From Octopus sinensis (Eukaryota): a DNA stretch of 15,696 nt. The translations under genes were made by a program, and so were the position numbers. The stretch lies in assembly GCF_006345805.1 (NCBI RefSeq), contig NW_021825424.1:1-15696 (forward strand), written 5' to 3'. Below the pieces are notes generated by a model, which was not told the origin of the DNA, did not search any database, and saw nothing but the letters and a program-made list of their open reading frames with translations. Of this stretch, positions 1 through 9,476 are shown one piece after another. Position 1 is the stretch's first letter. Each line of letters begins with the position of its first letter.

Positions 1-54
1 GCCACAGTCAAATGACTGAAACAAGTAAAAGAGTAAAGGAGTAAAGAGTTAAGA
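1..54 (+). mobile_element. 3' tail of family A SINE (cut by window edge)
   Basis: GCCACAGTCAAATGACTGAAACAAG followed by (GAGTAAA)-like repeats; same end as the full copies at 4715-5140 and 6851-7257. Confidence 0.85.
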
Positions 55-344
55 GCAGTGTATCCATAGTGGATTGGATTACTTTGAAAGAGACAAGGCT
101 GTTCAAATTTTAAGTATTTGCTGCAATTATGAAATTCGCTAAACGGGAAAACCCGATTTGCATAAATAGCATATTACTAGCGGATAGCTCACTTGATTAA
201 TTACTGACACACTTAAAGAAGTGTGCTTCTAAGACTGTAATTGTACTATAGGGTGAATTTATGGTAGTAGTACAAGGTTTTTAGCTTATACTTCATGTGT
301 AATTGGATACAACTGGCAGATGTAATGAAATACTTCTTTTTTAT

Positions 345-370
345 ATGTATACGTGTGTATGTGTGTGTGC

Positions 371-423
<53 letters not shown>

Positions 424-462
424 TGTGTGTGTGTGTGTTGTAGGTGTGTTGTGGGTGTGTGT
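345..462. repeat. (GT)n microsatellite
   Basis: Direct reading; source of the CV/HT-rich pseudo-ORFs. Confidence 0.97.
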
Positions 463-682
463 ACGGAAACGTCAACAACGACGAGATACCAAAATATGGC
501 ATTCTGCTACTTTCTCTTCTAGGTCTCGCCTTACGCACCTCTCGTGTATTTTAGCCCATTCCATCTTCTTCCTTCTCTCTATCGCTCCTTTCTCACACTC
601 TTCCTTCCGCCACTTACCGCCTTTGTTCACATTCCTTGACTCAACTCTAACTCCTCCTCTCATTTTTCCTTTCTCCATCTTT

Positions 683-686
683 CTCT

Positions 687-718
<32 letters not shown>

Positions 719-724
719 CTCTCT
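683..724. repeat. (CT)n microsatellite ending a pyrimidine-rich tract
   Basis: Direct reading. Confidence 0.95.
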
Positions 725-780
725 GTTGTTTTTTGTTCTTGATGTCATTGATGCCAAGGCTATCTCTGATTTCGTTGTAC

Positions 781-797
781 GTTGTTATTGTTGTTGC

Positions 798-828
<31 letters not shown>

Positions 829-1015
829 ATAGTTGTTGTTTAGCTCAAGTCTGTATGTCTTCATTGAGCTGATCATAAAATAACAGCATTCCAGCTATGA
901 CCATCACCTCATCATATTTTCTGATATAGTATATTTAGCATCAGGTTACCTCCTTCGTCCTTCATGTTTAAGAAGAAAGAATGTAATTTTTAAGTAGAAT
1001 TGGCTACTAATTCGG
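781..1015 (-). mobile_element. Old (CAA)n-tailed retroposon, family D
   Basis: The (GTT)n run at 781-840 is the tail. The adjacent TTTAGCTC and upstream motifs match the ends of copies at 5931-6124, 8267-8475 and 13156-13280. (CAA)n tails are typical of RTE-associated elements (established); that assignment here is inference. Confidence 0.6.
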
Positions 1016-1094
1016 GTAGATCGAAGAACCACATTGCTGGATTCATTGCTGAAGGCTATCATTGTCTTTCTTGTCCATTGGCATTGCCAAACAG

Positions 1095-1326
1095 GCGGCG
1101 AACTGGCAGAAACGTTAGCACGCCGGGCGAAATGTTTAGCGGTATTTCGTCTGCGTTACGTTGTGAGTTCAAATTCCGCCGAGGTCGACTTTGCCTTTCA
1201 TCCTTTCGGAGTCGATAAATTAAGTACCAGTTACGCACTGGGGTCGATGTAATCGACTTAATACCTATGTCTGTCCTTGTTTGTCCCCTCTGTGCTTAGC
1301 CCCTTGTGGGTAATAAAGAAATAGGT
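1095..1326 (+). mobile_element. Family C tRNA-derived SINE (Nin/Deu-domain-like core, type-1 tail) with 12-bp TSD
   Basis: Head GGCGGCGAACTGGCAGAAACGTTAGC; B box GAGTTCAAATTCC 1165-1177; core GCCTTTCATCCTTTCGGAGTCGATAAATTAAGTACCAG 1193-1230; AATAAAGAAAT end; TSD ATTGCCAAACAG at 1083-1094 and 1327-1338. Confidence 0.92.
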
Positions 1327-1377
1327 ATTGCCAAACAGATTACATTTTTGTCCGTCGTGCACCACATCTAGTTGCCG

Positions 1378-1740
1378 TCATCATCATCATCATTCTTACC
1401 ATCAACTCCACCATCATGATCATCACCATCACCAGTATCATCATCCCAACCATCAACATTATTATGAGCATCATAATCATCACGATCATTATCATCATCA
1501 CCCATTTTCTTTGTGATCATTACCAACATTACCACCATAGTCACCATCGTCATCGTCGTCATCAACACCACCACTATCATCACCACCACCACCACCACCC
1601 TCACCACAACCAACACCATCATCCCTCATCATTCCTACCACCAGTGTCACCATCACCACTATCACCCTCATCACCACCACCACCATTATCACCATCGCCA
1701 TCAACAATGTTATCGTCATTATATTCATCAGCATTATCAG
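1378..1740. repeat. Degenerate (CAT)n/(CAC)n triplet low-complexity tract
   Basis: Direct reading; yields poly-His, poly-Thr/Ile and poly-Asp pseudo-ORFs in several frames. Confidence 0.93.
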
Positions 1741-1806
1741 CTTATTCTATATTCCATCCTATTCCTCTACCTATACACCTCAATTTTAAAGCGTATTAGT
1801 CAATAT

Positions 1807-1822
1807 AAGAAAGAAAGAAAAA

Positions 1823-1866
<44 letters not shown>

Positions 1867-1943
1867 AACAGTAAAGAAAACAGCAAAGCGAAAATGGAAG
1901 ACAAACATTATAAAGCGAAAAAGATAGATAGATAGATAGATAG

Positions 1944-2011
<68 letters not shown>

Positions 2012-2048
2012 AGGAGGAGGAGGAGGAGGAGAGGGGGAGGGGAGGGGG
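1807..2048. repeat. Compound purine-strand microsatellite (AAAG)n-(GATA)n-(GA)n-(GGA)n-G tracts
   Basis: Direct reading: 1807-1868, 1923-1998, ~1996-2013, ~2012-2048. Confidence 0.95.
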
Positions 2049-2160
2049 ACAAATAATAAAGTAGATAAACAGTACAGAGGTGAACGACCGATGGATATTG
2101 TTTCACCACAAACATTTTTACTCCAAAACTAGCAAACGTCAAGGAAATTCATATTTCTTT

Positions 2161-2686
2161 GTTAGCAGCCAAAATGGAGACATGTGAAGACAGAAGATGA
2201 CGAAGATGTGAAGTCAGCAGACGACATGGATGGAAACGTTAAATTAGCAAACATCTAAGAAAAACGTGAAATCAGCAGATGATATAGAGACATAAGACGT
2301 TAAATGACAAAGGATGATGTGAAATCAGGAGATAATGATGTGAAGTTAGCAGACGACAAAGATGTGAAGTTAGCAGACGACAAAGATGTGATGTCAACAG
2401 GCGACTAAAAAACATGCGAAATCGGATGATGATAAAGAAAGATGTGAAGTTAGCAGACAACATGGAGACATATATAGCCAACACACATCATAGAAATATG
2501 TGAAATTAGCTGGTGTCAAAGAAATATGTGAAATTAGAAGACGAATGATAAACGTGTGAAATCAACAGATTAGAAAACAAACGAAATCAGCAGATGAATC
2601 AAGATTTGAAGTGGGGAGGCTATAAACGAAGGCTGTGAAGTATGCAGAAGACAAGAAAGGACGTAAAGTTAGCAAACCACGAGGCA
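2161..2686. repeat. Degenerate minisatellite, ~20 units of about 20-33 bp (consensus near ATGTGAARTYAGCAGAYGACAAAGAAAG)
   Basis: The ATGTGAA anchor recurs throughout; two perfect 24-bp tandem copies GATGTGAAGTTAGCAGACGACAAA at 2337-2360 and 2361-2384. Confidence 0.85.
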
Positions 2687-2728
2687 TCTATCAGTTATTG
2701 CCAATTCTGAGTGAGTGATAGAGAGAAG

Positions 2729-2852
2729 AATCGACTCAGTACCTTAGATCTATATTTATAAATCCCGAAAGACAAAGTTGATTTCGACAGGATTTGAGCA
2801 CAGAGCAAAGATTGCCGAAACAAACATCTCACGACTCTGTTTATTCGCCATC
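2729..2852 (-). mobile_element. Highly diverged family C-related SINE fragment
   Basis: AATCGACTCAGT..ATCCCGAAAGACAAAGTTGATTTCGACAGGATTTGAGCACAGAGC aligns loosely to the reverse complement of the family C core and B box. Confidence 0.5.
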
Positions 2853-3140
2853 TTCTCTCATTTTTAATCCATCAAGATAATCCAATTTAATGAACCTGGA
2901 TATTAAAAATATTTTAGACGATCAGTAAGATATGCATCAAACATTTTGTCGACATTTTTGAAATATGAAATTATAATTTTACTTGGTTATATTCGGATTA
3001 ATGTTCTCATTCTGAGATTTTAGATCATAGTGCCTTCAAGCTTACGGAATAAAGTCATAGAAAATTTAAGTGTTGATTAAGTGACGAGTCATAAGTGTAA
3101 TTGTTTATGTACTGTGCAAGAATTCAGTCACATCAATACA

Positions 3141-3211
3141 TTCGATCATTCGACTAAAAAGTTCTTCAAGACGATGCCCCAGCATGGCCGCAGTCTGATG
3201 ACTGAAACAAG
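3141..3211 (+). mobile_element. Isolated family A-type 3' tail module
   Basis: TCGATCATTCGACTAAAA..GATGCCCCAGCATGGCCGCAGTCTGATGACTGAAACAAG matches the ends of 4715-5140 and 6851-7257. Confidence 0.8.
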
Positions 3212-3348
3212 GCTGTGTGGTAAGAATTTTGCTTTCCAGCCACATGGTTCCGGATTCAGTCCCATTGCGTGACACCTTGGACAAGTGTCTTCTGCTATAG
3301 CCTCGAGTCGACCAAATCTTTGTGAGTGGATTTGGTTGACAGAAACTG
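3211..3348 (+). mobile_element. Family A SINE 5' half (tRNA head plus CORE-like domain)
   Basis: GGCTGTGTGGTAAG..GGATTCAGTCCC..GACACCTTGGACAAGTGTCTTCTGCTATAGCC..GAGTGGATTTGGTTGACAGAAACTG. Confidence 0.85.
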
Positions 3349-3551
3349 TCAAATAATGATTTCAAGCTTTGGCACAAGGCCAGCAATTTTGGGAGAGGAG
3401 GTAAGTCGATTACATCAACCCCAGTGCTCATCTCCAAAGGGATTAAGGGCAAAGTTGACCTCGGCAGAATTTGAACTCCTAACGTGATGACCAATGAAAT
3501 GTTGTGAAGCATTTTTTCTGGCGTGCTAGCGATTCTGCCAGCTCGCTGCCT
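3349..3551 (-). mobile_element. Family C SINE with type-2 tail and an internal deletion in the core
   Basis: Reverse complement reads AGGCAGCGAGCTGGCAGAATCGCTAGCACGCC..GAGTTCAAATTCTGCCGAGGTCAAC..CCCAAAATTGCTGGCCTTGTGCC, ending in a short ATT-rich tail. Confidence 0.85.
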
Positions 3552-4002
3552 TCGTATAACGAAAATAACAAGGCTAAGAAATACTTTAAAACATCTTTAA
3601 CAATCAGTCACATCAAAGTATTTCTTTTCGTCTTATTATTTTGATTATATTTTACTCTTTGCAAATATCATAAGGGCACAGAAATTGTGTCTAAGGCCAG
3701 CTGGCGACGTCGATCTCCTGGGGCTAAAAGCGTCAGTAACACCCACCCCCAGTGGCTAGCCACATTCAGATGGCTAGTACACTTTACGATATAAATATTG
3801 AACTTTTTTAATGAAGTAGTCAACTACTTGATGCTTCATAATCATATCTATCCATCAATTGGTGATATTAATATACAGACCTCTCTCCCTCCTTCTCCCC
3901 CTCTCTCTCTCTCTCCATATATATCGTTGCTATTATGCAAAGGTGTCGTAAGTCCAAAACGTAAAGACAAGTTAATAGACCCCAGTATATTTCTGGTACT
4001 GA

Positions 4003-4280
4003 AAATGACTAGGATATTCGGCTCGCGTTAGTTCGATTCTCGGCGGCGCATTGTCCTTGAAAACGATACTTTATTTCTCGACGCTCAAGTCCACTCAGCT
4101 GGAAAAAAATGTTTAGTACCTGTAATTCAAATGGCCAGCCTTGTCACACACTGTGTCACGCTGAATCTCCTTGAGAACTACGTTAGGTGTACGTGTGTCT
4201 GTGGAGTGCTCAGCCACTTGCACATTAATTTCACGAGCAGGCTCTTCCGTTGATCAACTGGAACACACGTCGTCGTAGCC
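4003..4280 (+). mobile_element. CORE-type tRNA-SINE, family B2 (possibly the octopus OR2-like family)
   Basis: B box GTTCGATTC 4031-4039; CORE-like TGTCCTTGAAAACGATACTTTATTTC..CCACTCAGCTGG; from 4116 it shares the 3' tail of family B1; second copy at 13764-14067. The family name is from recall only. Confidence 0.8.
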
Positions 4281-4347
4281 ATTACCGGTACTAAGTAATC
4301 GACTTTACCTTAATCCTAGTTGGACTTGAACACACAATCAGGAGATA

Positions 4348-4881
4348 CCAGATTCGGAAAAATTCAGGTTTTTTTTTAACTTTGGAATTTTCCGAAAATT
4401 TTTGTGAATATGTATTCTACACACAGGAATTCATACGACTATGCAAAAACCAAAAAAAAAATTGGTGAGTGATTTAAGTGCTATGTAGCTGTTATTTTTA
4501 GCACATCTCATGACCACCTTGGGCCCTCCTCATTTGTTTGTCAGTCTGACGTATTGATGTTTTTCAATATCTTTCTCCCCATAAACACATTTGATGGTCT
4601 ATTAGTGGAATTTAAGCCGAAAATTTAGACTGTCTGTATTACACTTCAATTTTTTTTTAATTCGAAAAATAATTTATTTTTAATTTCGAAAAATTAATTT
4701 TTTTTTCATAGTCGCAGGAGTGGCTGTGTGGTAAGTAGCTTGCTTACCAACCACATGGTTCCGGGTTCAGTCCCACTGCGTGGCACCTTGGGCAGGTGTC
4801 TTCTACTATAGCCTCGGACCGACCAAAACCTTGTGAGTGGATTTGGTAGACGGAAACTGAAAGAAGCCCGTCGTGTATATG

Positions 4882-4943
<62 letters not shown>

Positions 4944-5274
4944 TATTCGTCCCCCTAGCATTGCTTGACAACCAATGCTGGTGTGTTTACGTCCCCGTCA
5001 CTTAGCGGTTCGGCAAAAGAGACCGATAGAATAATTTCTAGGCTTACAAAGAATAAGTCCCGGGGTCGATTTGCTCGATTAAAAAAGGCGGTGCTCCAGC
5101 ATGACCGCAGTCAAATGACTGAAACAAGTAAAAAGAAAAGAGTCGTATGAATATCTGTGTGTAGAATATAAATTCGCAAAAAAAATTTCTGAAAATTCCA
5201 AAAAATAAAAAAGGCATGAGGTGTTATATGGCGTGCTTAAAGCAGAATTTCGCCCGACAATCACTATGGCCTGG
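4348..5274. mobile_element. Non-autonomous DNA transposon (MITE) with long inverted repeats, interrupted by a SINE
   Basis: 4382-4449 is the inverted complement of 5141-5201 plus 4702-4714. Outer ends read TA|CCAG (4346-4351) and CTGG|TA (5271-5276). The superfamily (Tc1/mariner-like) is tentative. Confidence 0.75.
4715..5140 (+). mobile_element. Full-length family A SINE (tRNA head, CORE-like domain, internal (TA)(TG)n, stem-loop tail), 5-bp TSD
   Basis: A box TGGCTGTGTGG 4721-4731; B box GGTTCAGTCCC 4764-4774; AGTCG duplicated at 4710-4714 and 5141-5145; removing it restores the MITE inverted repeat. Confidence 0.93.
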
Positions 5275-5322
5275 TATTTAATACGATGCATTACTGGCTC
5301 GACTACTACTAATAAGCCAGTA

Positions 5323-5710
5323 GTGGAGGCGCAATAGCCCAGTGGTTAGGGCAGCGGACTCGCGGTCATAGGATCACGGTTTCGATTCCCAGACTGGGCA
5401 TTGTGAGTGTTTATTGAGCGAAAACACCTAAAGCTCCACGAGGCTCCGGCAGGGGATGGTGGTGATCCCTGCTGTACTCTTTCACCACAACTTTCTCTCA
5501 CTCTTACTTCCTGTTTCTGTTGTACCTGTATTTCAAAGGGCCGGCCTTGTCACTCTCTGTGTCACACTGAATATCCCCGAGAACTACGTTAAGAGTACAC
5601 GCGTCTGTGGAGTGCTCAGCCACTTACACGTAAATTTCACGAGCAGGCTGTTCCGTTGATTCGGATCAACCGGAACCCTCGTCGTCGTAACCGACGGAGT
5701 GCTTCCATTC
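5323..5710 (+). mobile_element. Full-length tRNA-SINE, family B1 (possibly octopus OR1-like), 12-bp TSD
   Basis: A box TAGCCCAGTGG 5335-5345; B box GGTTTCGATTCC 5378-5389; TSD AATAAGCCAGTA 5311-5322 vs AATAAACCAGTA 5711-5722 (1 mismatch); inverted sister copy at 10412-10788. Confidence 0.93.
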
Positions 5711-5930
5711 AATAAACCAGTATTGGGCTTTCAGCAGATAAAAATATTCTGGATAGGTTTTGGATGGAGTTGAACTCAGCACTACGGGACTATGAACCAT
5801 TCGTCAAACTACAATTTAGTCAGTTCAATTGGTGGACTGGCTATGGACACAGTAGAGCTGGTAGCGAAATTCGAACCACCGTCACTTTGACGTCATGATC
5901 ACGATCGTTATTTTTATCAGTGGATGAACT

Positions 5931-6124
5931 TCGACCAGCTAAAAGTAGTTGCCACGTTTTCCTCAAATCGCACCCTAGTGTTTTAAATAAAGGAAGGATG
6001 CGTTAGGTTGTGTTCTCCAAGATAACCTATGTATGCAGAAAAGAGAAGACGTTCATCGCTGGAGTTCCTTAGATGAGTATTTCACTTGATCACATTTGAC
6101 CTAGGGCTAAACTATAGCAACAAC
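5931..6124 (+). mobile_element. Family D old retroposon
   Basis: ACCAGCTAAAAGTAGTT..CTCAAATC..AAGGAAGGA..TTGACCTAGGGCTAAACTATAGCAACAAC; same motif order as 8267-8475 and the reverse complement of 781-1015. Confidence 0.6.
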
Positions 6125-6245
6125 ATGGCGCCTGTATGAAGTACAGATCTTCTCGTATTTCAAAATTATTGGTTACAATTTATAGCACGAAGTTCATTCG
6201 AGTTATCAATTCCACTATCATTTTGTATGTTGGGACTTATTTATA

Positions 6246-6700
6246 AGCTGGCTGAATGGTTAAGCAGTTCGCTTTACAACCATGTCGTTTTGAGTTCAAT
6301 CTTACAACGTGACATTTTGGGCAAATGTCTTCTACTAGATCAGTGGCTCTGAACCTTTTTTTATCCATGGACCCCTTTGATTATTCTGGTGGACCCCCCA
6401 TGGCCCTCGATGCTTAAAAATTAGTTTTACAGCTACTTCTTTCAAAATCTGTTTTTTTTTTCTTTCAAATTAAAATGTGAACTATGTAAAAATATTAGAG
6501 AAAGAAACTTAGCTGTTTCTTCTAATAAATAAATCTAAATCTAAATATTTTCATGAACACTTAATAAACTTCTGTGTGTACCTAAATTTACTATTTTGTT
6601 GCGTGGACCCCCAAAAATCTTATATGGACCCTCAGGGGTCATACTCACCCCGGTTAAGGTCCACTGCACTAGAGCCACAGATCGACTAATATTAGGCCAC
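6246..6700 (+). mobile_element. Diverged family A SINE head split by a hAT-like MITE (SINE parts 6246-6340 and 6667-6700)
   Basis: GCTGAATGGTTAAG..GAGTTCAATC..TTGGGCAAATGTCTTCTACTAG stops at 6340 and resumes at 6667 as ACTAGAGCCACAGATCGACTAA, matching ACTATAGCCTCGGGCCGATCAAA of the 6851 copy. Confidence 0.7.
6341..6666. mobile_element. hAT (Charlie/Buster-like) MITE, 326 bp
   Basis: TIRs CAGTGGCTCTGAACC (6341-6355) and GGTTAAGGTCCACTG (6652-6666), 12/15 match; 8-bp flanks TACTAGAT and CACTAGAG (6/8); subterminal TGGACCC repeats at 6368, 6390, 6604 and 6625. Confidence 0.85.
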
Positions 6701-6768
6701 TTCCCAAATAAACTTCCTCGACTCAGTTCGACACCGTATGCGTGATCTCAGTTTCCCAATACCTTACA

Positions 6769-6813
6769 GTTCTCTCTCTCTCTCTCTCTCTTTCCCCTCC
6801 CCCCTCTCTCTCA
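6769..6813. repeat. (CT)n microsatellite
   Basis: Direct reading. Confidence 0.9.
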
Positions 6814-6850
6814 CTTTTATAAATTTCAAACAGTAAATTTGAAAATTATA

Positions 6851-7257
6851 GACGTAGGAATGGCTGTGTGGTAAGTAGCTTGCTTACGAACCACATGGTT
6901 CCGGGTTCAGTCCCACTACGTGACACCTTGGGCAAGTGTCTTCTACTATAGCCTCGGGCCGATCAAAGCCTTCTGAGTGGATTTGGTAGACGGAAACCGA
7001 AAGACGCCCGTCTTATATATGTATGTATGTGTGCGTATATGTTTGTGTGTCTGTGTTTGTCCTCCCCAACATCGCTTGACAACCGATGCTGGTGTGTTTA
7101 CGTCCCCGTAACCTAGCGGTTCGGCAAAAGAGACCGATAGAATGAATACTAGGCTTACAAAGATTAAGTCCTTGGGTCGATTTGCTCGACTAAAGGCGGT
7201 GCTCCAGCATGGCCACAGTCACATGAGTGAAACAAGTAAAAGAGTAAAAGAGAGAGT
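6851..7257 (+). mobile_element. Full-length family A SINE
   Basis: Colinear with 4715-5140 over its whole length; (GAGTAAAA)n-like tail; no TSD recognised. Confidence 0.93.
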
Positions 7258-7309
7258 ACGAACAAATGGTGGTCAAATCCCGTAAATTCATGTTTGTAAG
7301 TCACTGCAT

Positions 7310-7490
7310 GTGACTATGTATGTGAATGTATGTATGTTTGTATGTGGATAGGAGGGGCTTTATTCGAACGTGTGTGTGTGTGTGCGCGCGCATATGTGTT
7401 TTTCTCTGTGTGTATGTGCATGTATTTTTTCCGTGTGTGTGTGTGTGTATGCGCGCGCATGTGTAGGAAGGTGGCTGTGTGTGCGTGCGC
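7310..7490. repeat. Mixed (GT)n/(GC)n/(TATG)n microsatellite block
   Basis: Direct reading. Confidence 0.85.
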
Positions 7491-7606
7491 AATTTTGATT
7501 TCTTAAATTCATACTCTGCCGACAACTCAACATGATATTTGTCCTTCTAGCAGTAACTCATTCGCCACAGGATCAGCTGTTGGCCTTGGTTCATAGAAAA
7601 CAACAC

Positions 7607-7976
<370 letters not shown>

Positions 7977-8266
7977 GGAGCGCACATTGTATCTTACAAT
8001 ATGAAATGGGTTAAAACTAAAGAAAATAATAAATTAGAGAGCAAAAAAAGCGTAGAATGATGGGAGGGTGGTGCATTAGCTATGCAGACAATTGTGGAAC
8101 ATAAGGGAGATAAGGCGGTGAGAAAAAAATATAAAAGAAACCCTTCTGATTTTTTTATTCTTTTGAAATGAAATGTCAAAATCTTGTTGTTATCGTCATT
8201 TTAAACACCACCACCTCTTTTTTTATTACTGTTGTTGAAACAATGAGAGAAACAAACCATTGCTGT

Positions 8267-8475
8267 ACCTGCTAGAAAGAGTAGTTAGAACTCACTCAAA
8301 TCAGATGCTATCGTCTTTAAAAGAAAATATTTAGAAAGGACATTTTTGATAATAATATTCCGATGCAGACTGGTTCGGAAAATGAGAAGCTCATACGTCT
8401 AGGTGCCTACGGGATCAGAGTTGACTTGTGGGGTGAAAGAGTAACAACAATGATGACAACAACAACAACAACGAC
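8267..8475 (+). mobile_element. Family D old retroposon with (CAA)n tail
   Basis: ACCTGCTAGAAAGAGTAGTT..CTCAAATC..GAGTTGACTTGTGGGG followed by (CAA)n. Confidence 0.55.
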
Positions 8476-8680
8476 TATAGTAATGAAAATATATCGAACC
8501 AAAAGCTGAAGAACGAAAAACGACAATATCTCCTTCCTCACATCCTTATACAGGCATCGGGTTTAACATCTGAAATAGCCAAACATATACGTTACGAATA
8601 AAACAGCAAGTTAGCGAGCCAAAGAGGGAAACTCCACGTGGTCGCTGTGTCTTCAAGGAACAACAATCAAGATACCTTCT

Positions 8681-8879
8681 GCGGCGAGCTGGCGGAATCG
8701 TTAGCATTTCGTCTGACGTTACGTTCTGAGTTCAAATTCCGCCGAGGTCGACTTTACCTTTCAGGGTCGATAAATTAAGTACCAGTTACGCACTGGGGTC
8801 GATGTAATCGACTTAATCTCTTTGTCTATCCTTGTTTGTCCTCTCTATGTTTAGCCCCTTGTGGGCAATAAAAAAAAAT
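8681..8879 (+). mobile_element. Family C SINE (type-1 tail), two internal deletions, 11-bp TSD
   Basis: TSD AAGATACCTTC at 8669-8679 and 8880-8890; lacks ~24 bp of the head and ~8 bp of the core relative to 1095-1326. Confidence 0.92.
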
Positions 8880-8958
8880 AAGATACCTTCAAATCAAACT
8901 TACAGTCTTGGAAAGGAAGGACATAGTGTATTTCTTTAATTTCTTTTCTGCTGCTGTT

Positions 8959-9024
8959 TTTATTAACCATGAGGTTGAGAAAAAGAGGGGACGATACGAG
9001 GACAGACAAAACAAATATTGGGGT
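8959..9024 (-). mobile_element. LINE-like 3' end fragment (family E)
   Basis: 58/66 identical to 9817-9882 by manual count; the reverse strand ends in AATAAA. Confidence 0.6.
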
Positions 9025-9177
9025 AGTGGCCTTTAATCATGCTGGGCTACAGTCATTAAATAGTTTCAATCATATCGACGCGAGTAATCGAAGGAGAACG
9101 GTGGGCAAAGTCGATCGAGCGTAAAGGAAGGCAACACAATATATTTTTGCTTGACGCAGTTGCCATCTCATGCCGCA

Positions 9178-9230
9178 CAGTTTCCATCAACCAAATTTCA
9201 CTCACAACGTTTATGTTCGAGTTATGACTA
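9178..9230 (-). mobile_element. Old family A CORE-like fragment
   Basis: CAGTTTCCATCAACCAAATTTCACTCACAA matches the reverse complement of TGTGAGTGGATTTGGTAGACGGAAACTG. Confidence 0.6.
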
Positions 9231-9476
9231 AAAAAAAAAACGATTGGATGGTTACGGTCCTACGTCATTTGATTTGAATTAGATGATCTGGGGCTAACTA
9301 ACAAAAACGTCAATAGCAGTAACAATCTTCAGATTTTCAAAAGGCGATAAATGTGTACAGCTTCAATTTTCTCGATTAGATCATTCTTAATACGTAACTA
9401 GAATATGGCTTAGTGACTGTAGAAAACTAAGTCAACTTCGAAATGGTTTTGAACGCACGGTATATATCTAGTTCGG

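Noticed and set aside
140-230. Octamer ATTTGCAT, TAAT motifs and small hairpins (CGGG-AAAA-CCCG, CACACTT-AAAG-AAGTGTG)
   Set aside because: Short motifs expected by chance in AT-rich DNA; regulatory function cannot be supported without conservation or chromatin data.
295-742. CV-, HT- and FS-rich ORFs
   Set aside because: Translations of (GT)n and (CT)n microsatellites; open in several frames on both strands.
1328-1935. Poly-His, poly-Thr/Ile and poly-Asp ORFs
   Set aside because: Degenerate CAT/CAC triplet tract with no splice context or flanking domain; overlapping ORFs in many frames.
2161-2686. CRISPR-like spacing of short repeats
   Set aside because: Units are contiguous and degenerate with no unique spacers, the context is eukaryotic, and there are no cas genes.
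3195-3209. CTGATGA-CT-GAAAC, resembling a minimal hammerhead core
   Set aside because: No stem II, I or III. Homologous positions in other family A tails read CAAATGA or CACATGA; it is the CAGTC/GACTG tail hairpin with a variant loop.
5323-5400. tRNA-like sequence (also 10710-10788 and the heads of families A, B2 and C)
   Set aside because: A and B boxes are present but there is no complete cloverleaf, and each is attached to a SINE body, often with a TSD; not tRNA genes.
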